Origin: Ilumatobacteraceae bacterium
GTDB taxonomy: Bacteria; Actinomycetota; Acidimicrobiia; Acidimicrobiales; Ilumatobacteraceae
Direction of reading: 5' to 3'
Length of the DNA: 64,000 bases
NCBI GenBank assembly: GCA_963704915.1
Contig: CAVPIC010000007.1
Coordinates: 123,819 to 187,818, forward strand
The notes beneath the pieces are model-generated. The model was given only the letters and a program-made list of their open reading frames with translations, ran no database searches and was not told the DNA's origin. The stretch's first letter is position 1. Each line of letters starts with the position of its first letter. The position numbers and the translations under genes were made by a program. Below are positions 29,956 to 37,684 of the stretch, in pieces.

Positions 29956-31339
29956 GTGACCCGCCGACTCCTTGCCGGTTATCTGACGATCACGGTGATC
30001 GTGTTGGTGCTGCTGATGGTGCCACTCGGCGTGTTCTACTCCCAGCGCGAGCGCGAGCGGCTCGCTGCCGACGTCGAGCACGATGCGAACGTCATCGCAA
30101 CGCTCTACGAGGACGATCTCGAAGCCGGCACGGCGCTCGATCCGACACCGGCAGACGACCTACGAGGACCGCACCGGTGCCCGCGTCGTGGTGGTCGACA
30201 GCGCAGGGATCTCCCAGGTCGACACCGGCGCCGACGTCGATCGCGACTTCTCGACGCGGCCGGAATTCGAGGCTGCGCTGGAGGGTGTGCGGACCTCCGG
30301 CACCCGTCGATCGGAGACCCTCGGCACCGACCTGCTGTACGTTGCCGTGCCGGTGGCGTCCGGTGGCACCGTGCACGGCGCCCTGCGCATCACGCTCGAC
30401 ACGGCCGATGTGAACCAACGGATCCGCAACTTCTGGCTGGCGCTCGGGGGTATCGCAGCGGTCGTGTTGGCGGCGGTGGTCCTGATCGGATGGGTGATCG
30501 CTCGCTCGGTCACGCGGCCGCTGCGGGAGCTGACGACGACGGCGGAACGCTTCGCAGGCGGCGATCTCTCGGTCAGCGACCACGTCGCTCAAGGTCCCCC
30601 GGAGATCCGAGCGCTCGACACCACGATGACCACGATGGCGCAACGACTCGACGCGGTGTTGACCGATCAGCGCAGGTTCGTCGCCGACGCATCGCACCAA
30701 CTGCGGACGCCGTTGACCGCATTGCGGCTCCGCCTCGAGAACCTGCAGAGCGATCTCGAGGCCGGAGGCGGCGATCCCGATGGGCACGCCGTCGATGCGT
30801 TGGAACGGGCGATCGGTGAGACCGAGCGGCTCACGGAGCTCGTCTCGAATCTCCTGCAACTGGCTCGCGCCGATGCTCGACCCGTCACCGATGTCGTCGA
30901 TCTCGGCGTGCTCGTGGCGGATCGCGTCGACACGTGGACGGCCCTCGCCGATGAACGTGGTGTCGTGTTGCGCCACGCTCCTCCGGACGCGCCGACACTG
31001 GTGCGGTGTGTTGCAGGCGCGACCGAGCAGATCCTCGACAACCTGCTCGACAATGCGCTGGCCGTCTCGCCTGCAGGCGAACGCATCGACGTCGAGATCG
31101 ACCGCAGTCGCGATGGGTGCGTGCAGTTGCGGGTCGTCGACCACGGACCGGGACTCGACGACGCGGCGAAGGCCGACGCGATGCGGCGGTTCTGGCGCGG
31201 TGACGCCACGAGGCCCGGCACCGGTCTCGGTCTCGCCATCGTCGAGACGCTCGCGGCGTCGTCCGGCGGGGGTGTGGAGCTGGTCGATACCGTGGGCGGT
31301 GGGCTCACGGTGATCGTCGAGTTGCCCCTGGGGGAGTAG
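29956..31339 (+). pseudogene. Sensor histidine kinase (HAMP-HisKA-HATPase) with a frameshift in the sensor domain
   Basis: The GTG start at 29956 is followed by a TM helix. A frame change falls at about 30154 (CCG GCA g ACG ACC). Downstream lie a second TM helix, HAMP, the H-box ADASHQLRTPLTAL, and N/G boxes (DNLLDNA, GTGLGLAIV). Confidence 0.8.
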
Positions 31340-31372
31340 CAGACGAGAAGTAGCAATCCCGATCTGGATCGT

Positions 31373-31388
31373 ATACCCTTAGGGGTAT
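31373..31388. promoter_or_regulatory. Palindrome ATACCC-TTAG-GGGTAT (CsoR/RcnR-type operator-like)
   Basis: It has perfect 6-bp arms and overlaps the start codon of the small Cys-rich ORF. The TACCC...GGGTA architecture resembles known CsoR-family operators. Confidence 0.35.
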
Positions 31389-31545
31389 GTGTAGACAAAC
31401 CACCTGCAGGAAGTGCAATCGGCCGAGCTGGGCCGGCTGCGGAGCCCACGTCGAGCAGGTGCTCGGCCATGTCCCCCAGAACGATCGCTGCCAGTGCGGC
31501 TCGGGCACCTCGTCCGGCGGCCCCTCCAGCTGGTTCCGTCGCTGA
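31387..31545 (+). CDS. Small Cys-rich protein (52 aa), absent from the ORF track
   Basis: Sequence: MCRQTTCRKCNRPSWAGCGAHVEQVLGHVPQNDRCQCGSGTSSGGPSSWFRR. The six Cys are arranged as C-x5-C-x2-C-x7-C-x16-C-x-C. It resembles a conserved small protein I recall from actinobacteria and fungi (MC.KTTC..C.K.TW.GCG.H). GC3 is high. Confidence 0.55.
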   Translation: MCRQTTCRKCNRPSWAGCGAHVEQVLGHVPQNDRCQCGSGTSSGGPSSWFRR

Positions 31546-31592
31546 CGGGTTGACGAGACCTCTGACATCGCTGGGGCTGGGGTGAAGATTTT

Positions 31593-31624
31593 CTATTGCG
31601 AATCTGACTCGCAATAGTTAGTGT
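31593..31624 (+). promoter_or_regulatory. TetR operator palindrome overlapping a putative promoter
   Basis: A perfect inverted repeat CTATTGCGA-N7-TCGCAATAG spans 31593-31617. It overlaps -35 TTGCGA (31596-601), and -10 TAGTGT (31619-24) follows it with 17-nt -35/-10 spacing. The -10 ends 9 nt before the TetR ATG, implying a leaderless or near-leaderless mRNA. This is a locally AT-rich patch. Confidence 0.5.
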
Positions 31625-31633
31625 CGTCGTGTC

Positions 31634-32259
31634 ATGGGGGACACGACGACGGACAACGCACCGACGATCGACGGGCGACGGGCCCGGCGCGAGCGCGGCA
31701 GGACCGCCGTGATCGACGCGGTGTTCGAACTCGCCGAGGAGGGGAAGATCCCGCCCACGGCGGAACTCGTCGCCGAACGCTCCGGCGTGTCGGTGGCGTC
31801 GATCTTCCGGTACTTCGACGGCCTCGACGACCTGCAGGTGCATGCCCATCGCCGATTCCGCGAGCGATTCGCGCCGCTGGTGGCCGCAGTCGGCAACGGA
31901 CCTCGTGCCGAACGCATCGCTGCCTTCGTCGAGTCACGGCTCGACCTCTACGAGCAGGCGGGGGCGATCATGGCGCTCGGCTCGACTGCGCGCGCTCGAA
32001 CACGAACCGCTTGCTCGAGGCGTCGACCGAGACCAAGGCAGCACTGGCCGACCAGGTCCGCACGACCTTCGAGCCCGAATCGCAGGGCAGGCCACCCGGT
32101 CTGGTCGCCGAACTCGTCGCAGTGATCGACGCGTTCACCTCTGTCGAGGCGTGGGACGTGATGCGCAGGACGCACGCTCGGTCGCGGCACCAGATCGCCA
32201 CCAGCTGGCGCCGCGGCATTGCCGCACTGATCGACGACTGGGAACAGGACGGCAACTGA
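31634..32259 (+). pseudogene. TetR-family transcriptional regulator with one frameshift
   Basis: The HTH region (AVIDAVFELAEEGKIPPTAELVAERSGVSVASIFRYF) is in one frame. The C-terminal domain (SNTNRLLEASTETKAALADQV...SWRRGIAALIDDWEQ) is in another. A 1-nt deficit lies near 31995. Confidence 0.75.
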
Positions 32260-32260
32260 C

Positions 32261-34541
32261 ATGACACGACCATCGCGATTCGAGGGCACGATCGGGCGTA
32301 CGGTCGCCGAGTCGACGCCGTACTTCGACGAACCACCGCACCCGGCGACGACGCCCCGAACGTGGTGGTCGTGCTGCTCGACGACACCGGATTCGCCCAG
32401 TTCGGCTGCTACGGCTCCGACATCGACACGCCCAACGTCGACGCGCTCGCCGCCGGTGGCCTGCAGTTCACCAACTTCCACGTGACGCCGCTGTGCTCGC
32501 CGACCCGGGCATCGCTGCTCGACCGGCCGATCGCAGCACGCCGTCGGGATGCGGGCCGTGTCGAACTTCCGCACGGGGTTTCCGAACATGCTCGGCCACA
32601 TCTCGAACCACGCCGCAACGATGGCCGAGGTGCTTCGCAATGCCGGCTACGCCACGTTCGCGGTCGGCAAGTGGCACCTCGCGCCGATGGAGCAGTGTTC
32701 GGCCGCCGGCCCGTTCGACCAGTGGCCGCTGGCGCGTGGGTTCGACCGGTTCTACGGCTTCATGGAGGGCGAGACCGACCAGTTCCACCCCGAACTGGTC
32801 GCCGACAACCACCCCATCACGCCGCCGGCGGGCCCCGACGATGGCTATCACCTGTCGGAGGATCTGGTCGACCAGGCACTGCGGATGATCTCCGACAGTG
32901 TCGGCGTGCGCCCCGATCGGCCGTTCTTCACCTACCTCGCGTTCGGAGCGACGCATGCACCGCATCAGGCGCCACCGGAGTACCTCGCAAAGTACCGCGG
33001 GAAGTTCGACGAGGGCTGGGACGTCGTGCGCCAGCGCTGGTTCGAGCGCCAGCTCGAGCTCGGCATCATTCCGCAGGGGACCGAACTCGCACCACGCAAT
33101 CCGGGTGTCGACGCCTGGGACGACCTCCCGGAGAACCAGCAGCGACTGGCGTGTCGACTCCAGGAGGCCTTCGCCGCGTTCCTCGACCACACCGACGATC
33201 AGATCGGTCGCCTCGTCGACGGACTGCGACGGCTCGGACAGCTCGACAACACCGTGCTCGTCGTGCTGGCGGACAACGGCGCATCGCAGGAGGGCGGTCC
33301 GTTCGGGGTCATGCACGAGATGAAGTTCTTCAACGGGATCTTCGAGACGCCCGACCAGGCCGTCGAGCGCATCGACGACATCGGCGGCCCGCACAGCCAC
33401 ACCAACTACCCGTGGGGCTGGGCGCAGTGCGGCAACACCCCGTTCAAGTGGTACAAGCAGAACACCCACGAAGGCGGGGTCCACGTGCCGATGGTGGTGC
33501 ACTGGCCCGAACGGATCGCCGGCGATGCGGCCGGAACCCGGCGCGATCAGTTCACCTTCGTCGCCGACATCGCTCCGACGATCTACGAACTCGTGGGCGT
33601 CACCCCGCCCGGGGTGTACCGAGGGATCGAGCAACTCCCGGTGACCGGGCACTCGTTCGCCGCGGCCCTCGATGACGCCGGGTCGCCGGCGAGCGAACCA
33701 ACTCCAGTACTTCGAGATGGGCGGCAGCCGAGCGCTGGTGGCAGGGGAGTGGAAGGCGGTCTGCAAGCACATCGCAGGCGCCGACTACGACACCGAACCG
33801 TGGGAGCTGTACCACCTCGCAAGCGACTTCTCCGAGTGCCGAGACCTCGCGGCCGTGCAGCCCGAGCGACTCGCCGAGTTGCAGGGGCTCTGGTGGCAGG
33901 AAGCCGAGCGCCACGGCGTGCTGCCGCTCGACGACCGGATGTTCGAGCTGTTCGGCACCCGGTTCCGCGATCACTCGCCGCATCCCGCCGATCGCCGGTA
34001 CGTGTATCGACCGCCGATGTCGCCGCTGCCGGGCCAGGCGGCCGCGGCCATCGGTGGCCGCAGCTTCGACCTCACTGCGCGCCTCACACGGCAAGCCGGC
34101 GACGACGGCGTGCTCTACGCCACCGGCACCGAGAACAGCGGTGTGGCGGTGTTCGTGCAGGGCGACCGCCTCGTGGTCGACTACAACGCCTTCGACGACC
34201 ACACGATCCTCGAGTCGGACGTGACGCTGCCAGCGGGCGACGTGACCGTGACCGTCAGCGTGCGCCGAGGTCCGTCGCGGACCGGCACCATGCACCTCGC
34301 CGTCGACGGTGCACCGGCCGGGTCGGCCGACCTCGCGTTGTTCATGTCGATGATGTCGTCGGTCGGTCCGAGCATCGGCGAGGACCACGGCTCCGCGGTG
34401 TCGCAGCGCTACCACGCGCCGTTCCCGTTCACCGGAATCCTGCACGAGATCGAGATCCAATTGCTGTCCCGCGAGGACGCCGAAGCCCGCGACGCCGAAC
34501 TGGCCGAGGTTGCGGCCCGAGCAGTGATGAGCCGCCAGTGA
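32261..34541 (+). pseudogene. Formylglycine-type arylsulfatase (about 760 aa) with three frameshifts
   Basis: The pieces are:
- MTRPSRFEGTIGRTVAESTPYFDEPPHP
- GDDAPNVVVVLLDDTGFAQFGCYGS...[10 protein letters not shown]
- [13 protein letters not shown]...KWHL...[11 protein letters not shown]...
- [14 protein letters not shown]...[24 protein letters not shown]
The shifts are at about 32344 (-1), 32521 (+1) and 33695 (+1). Confidence 0.8.
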
Positions 34542-35395
34542 CCATCGACATCACGCTCCTCGGCACCGGGAGCCCGATGGCCGATCCGAACCGGGCAGGA
34601 CCGGCGACGCTCGTCCAGGCCGGCGGCGAGCACTACCTGGTCGACTGCGGCCGCGGCGTGCTCATGCGGCTGGCCGCGGCGGGCGTCCCGGTCGGACAGG
34701 TGACCGCCGTCTGCATCACACACCTGCACAGCGACCACATCACCGACCTCAACGACGTGATCACCGCCATGTGGATCACCACGTTCGAGCCGACGCCACT
34801 GCGGATCATCGGCCCGCCCGGCACGAAGGAGGTCGTCGGCCACATCCTCGCCTCGCTCGGCCCCGACATCGGCTACCGCCTCGCCCACCATGCCGACCTC
34901 GAGCAGCCGCCGTTGTTGGAGATCACCGAGACCGACGGCGTCGGGCAGCCCGACGTGTCGGTCGGCGCCGTCCGCGTGACGACCGCTCCCACCGATCACC
35001 GGCCGGTCGAGCCGAGCATCGCGTTCCGATTCGACCACGCCGGCACCGCTGCGGTGGTGGCCGGCGACACCGTGCCGTGTGACGGGCTCGACGAGGTGTG
35101 TCGTGGCGCGCAGGCGCTCGTCCACACGGCGATCCGCAAGGACATCATCACCAACGTGCCGATCCCGCGACTGCAGGACACGCTCGATTACCACTCGTCG
35201 CCCGAGGAGGCGGCCCAGACCGCCGAGCGGGCAGGGATGGGCACGCTCGTCCTCACGCACTACGTGCCGGCGATCCCGCCCGGTGGTGGCGACGACTGGC
35301 GACAACTCGCTGCCCAACACTTCACCGGTCGCGTCGAACTCGGCGACGACCTCCACCGCATCACCATCACCTCGGAGACCCAGGACGATTCATGA
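34538..35395 (+). CDS. MBL-fold metallo-hydrolase (RNase Z/ElaC-like)
   Basis: 285 aa with LLGTGSP, the motif [12 protein letters not shown] (HxHxDH) and THY. It has a GTGA overlap with the sulfatase stop. Confidence 0.8.
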   Translation: MTIDITLLGTGSPMADPNRAGPATLVQAGGEHYLVDCGRGVLMRLAAAGVPVGQVTAVCITHLHSDHITDLNDVITAMWITTFEPTPLRIIGPPGTKEVVGHILASLGPDIGYRLAHHADLEQPPLLEITETDGVGQPDVSVGAVRVTTAPTDHRPVEPSIAFRFDHAGTAAVVAGDTVPCDGLDEVCRGAQALVHTAIRKDIITNVPIPRLQDTLDYHSSPEEAAQTAERAGMGTLVLTHYVPAIPPGGGDDWRQLAAQHFTGRVELGDDLHRITITSETQDDS

Positions 35396-36309
35396 AGACG
35401 CTGCGCACACCCGACGAACGATTCGAGGGGCTCGACGGGTATCCGTTCGAGCCGCACTACGCCGAGATCGCCGCGAGTGCCGGCGAACGTGACGGTGGCA
35501 CGCTGCGCGTGCACTACCTCGACGAAGGGCCCGCCGACGCTGCACCGGTGCTGCTGCTGCACGGCGAACCGTCGTGGAGCTACCTGTACCGCCACATGAT
35601 CCCGCCGCTGGTTGCCGCCGGTCACCGGGTGATCGTCCCCGATCTGGTCGGATTCGGGCGCAGCGACAAGCCGACCGAGCAGGGTGACTACACCTACGCC
35701 CGCCACGTCGAGTGGATGCGCGAGCTGCTGTTCGATCACCTCGACCTGCGCGACATCACGTTCTTCGGCCAGGACTGGGGCGGGCTCGTCGGGCTTCGGT
35801 TGCTCGCCCTCGATCCCGATCGGTACGCACGGGTGGCGATCGGCAACACCGGCCTGCCGACCGGCCACGGGCCCGCCAGCGATGCGTTCATGGCCTGGCA
35901 GAAGTTCTCGCAGGAGACGCCCGTGTTCGACATCGGATTCCTGATCAACTCGGCCACCACCACCGACCTGACGCCGGAGGTGATCGCCGGCTACGACGCG
36001 CCGTTCCCCGATGACAGCTACAAGGCCGGGGCGCGCATCTTCCCGACGCTGGTGCCGACGAGCCCCGACGATCCGGCAAGTGCTGACAACATGGCTGCCT
36101 GGGAGGTCCTGTCGAAGTTCGACAAGCCGTTCCTGTTGTGCTTCAGCGACAGCGATCCGGTCACGAAGGGCGGCGACGCCCCGTTCCTCGCAAAGGTGCC
36201 CGGGGCCCAGGGGCAACCTCACGTCACGATCGAAGGGGGCGGTCACTTCTTCCAGGAGGACCGTGGTCCCGAGCTCGCCGACCTGTTGGTCGGCTTCATC
36301 GGGTCCTGA
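35392..36309 (+). CDS. Haloalkane dehalogenase (alpha/beta hydrolase, HLD-I like)
   Basis: 305 aa with [23 protein letters not shown], the nucleophile motif GQDWGG and GGGHFFQED. It has an ATGA overlap with the upstream gene. Confidence 0.85.
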   Translation: MKTLRTPDERFEGLDGYPFEPHYAEIAASAGERDGGTLRVHYLDEGPADAAPVLLLHGEPSWSYLYRHMIPPLVAAGHRVIVPDLVGFGRSDKPTEQGDYTYARHVEWMRELLFDHLDLRDITFFGQDWGGLVGLRLLALDPDRYARVAIGNTGLPTGHGPASDAFMAWQKFSQETPVFDIGFLINSATTTDLTPEVIAGYDAPFPDDSYKAGARIFPTLVPTSPDDPASADNMAAWEVLSKFDKPFLLCFSDSDPVTKGGDAPFLAKVPGAQGQPHVTIEGGGHFFQEDRGPELADLLVGFIGS

Positions 36310-37202
36310 TGGCAGTCGTCGCAGGGCCCGATCTCGAGTGGCGCGAGCTGAGCCGGCGTGCCGCGCTCCAGTCCCATCGCCTGATCGGCTGGATCTACTG
36401 GGATCCACGAGCGATCGCCAACTATGCGGCACTCGGCGTCCCCGACGGGATCGGCTATTACATCGCCACTCGTGGCGCAACGCTGGGAGACGCCGGCAAC
36501 GACGTGGTGACGGCGGCGTTCTACTCCATTCATCCCGGCTTCGTCGCGTTCGGACTCGATCAGTGCCGCACGCACACGACGTTCGAGTCCGCCGCCGCGG
36601 CCCGTGATGCGGCCGTGACCGATGGCTTGCGCGAGTACGTGCCGGAGATCTGTGACGAGCTCGCGTCGATGGCGCCGCAACTCTGGGCCGCAGCCGACGC
36701 GCTCCCGCTGGCGGGACGAGCGTTGTTCGCGTCGACCCGTGCGTGGCCGCGTCCGGACGACGCGCTGGTGTCTGCGTGGCTCGCGGTCAACTGCATCCGC
36801 GAGTGGCGTGGCGACACGCACTGGGCGATCCAGATCGCCGAGGACATCACCGGCACTGCGGCCGGCATCCTCGACGGCGCCTGGCGGAACTACGACGGTG
36901 ACTGGCTGGCCCGCAGCCGCGGCGCCGACGACGCCGCGCTCGCGATCGGGTTCGCCGAGCTGGAGGCTCGTGGGCTCGCGTCCGACGGGGCGGTCAACGC
37001 GGCCGGCATCGAGTACCGGCAGGGGTTGGAGGATCGCCTCGACGATCTCTGCGCCGCGGCGTGGCGCCACCTCGGCGAGGACGCAACGGTCCGGTTCGTC
37101 GAACTCGTCGAACCGGTCGGCGGGCGGCTCGTCGAACGCATCGACGTCACCGCCGGCCCCAACTGGATGCCCGCAGCACGCGACCGGAAGGCCCCCTCGT
37201 GA
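36309..37202 (+). CDS. Conserved actinobacterial hypothetical protein (SCO6745-family-like)
   Basis: 297 aa containing LIGWIYWDPRAIANYAALGVPDGIGYYIATRGATLGDAG...VVTAAFYSIHPGFV. It has a TGATG junction with the dehalogenase gene. The family assignment is from memory only. Confidence 0.6.
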   Translation: MAVVAGPDLEWRELSRRAALQSHRLIGWIYWDPRAIANYAALGVPDGIGYYIATRGATLGDAGNDVVTAAFYSIHPGFVAFGLDQCRTHTTFESAAAARDAAVTDGLREYVPEICDELASMAPQLWAAADALPLAGRALFASTRAWPRPDDALVSAWLAVNCIREWRGDTHWAIQIAEDITGTAAGILDGAWRNYDGDWLARSRGADDAALAIGFAELEARGLASDGAVNAAGIEYRQGLEDRLDDLCAAAWRHLGEDATVRFVELVEPVGGRLVERIDVTAGPNWMPAARDRKAPS

Positions 37203-37684
37203 TCACCACCGAACGAACCCGGACGATCCCGGCCCGACAGTCACGGGTGTGGGATGTCCTCGCCGACTTCGACCGTCTCGCCGTCTGGGCCGACAACGCC
37301 GACCACACCTGCTGGCTCGACGAGCCCGCCGACGACGGCCGCATGATCGGCCGGGCACGCCGGGTGCAGGCCGGCAGGGTGGTGCTCGTCGAGCGGATCA
37401 CTGTCTGGGAGCCGCCGGCCCGCCTCGCCTACGACCTCGGCGGACTGCCGCCGGTGGTCAAGTCCGCAGTGAACGAGTGGCGTCTCGTCGCCGACCCGTC
37501 GGACGGCAACCGGACGATCGTCACGCTGGCCACCCACGTCGACTGCGGTCCTCGACCGCCACAGCAACTCATCGCCCGCCTCGTCGGCAAGCGCCTGGCC
37601 AAAGCGTCCGACGTGATGCTGGTAGGCCTGGCCGACCATCTCGCTGTGACGCACCTCTCCGATTTGAAGGGAACACCGACATGA
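37199..37684 (+). CDS. SRPBCC (START/polyketide-cyclase-like) family protein
   Basis: 161 aa with the typical start (ERTRTIPARQSRVWDVLADFDRLAVW). It has GTGA and ATGA overlaps with its neighbours. Confidence 0.75.
   Translation: MITTERTRTIPARQSRVWDVLADFDRLAVWADNADHTCWLDEPADDGRMIGRARRVQAGRVVLVERITVWEPPARLAYDLGGLPPVVKSAVNEWRLVADPSDGNRTIVTLATHVDCGPRPPQQLIARLVGKRLAKASDVMLVGLADHLAVTHLSDLKGTPT

Noticed and set aside
36622-37680. N-terminal extensions of ORF-track entries (36622-40272, 58939-61584, 60525-63869, 32549-35395, 13874 start, 24227-25540 and others)
   Set aside because: The upstream parts are Arg/Pro/Ser-rich and overlap neighbouring genes read in another frame. Conserved protein sequence begins at internal starts that are translationally coupled to the preceding stop codon.
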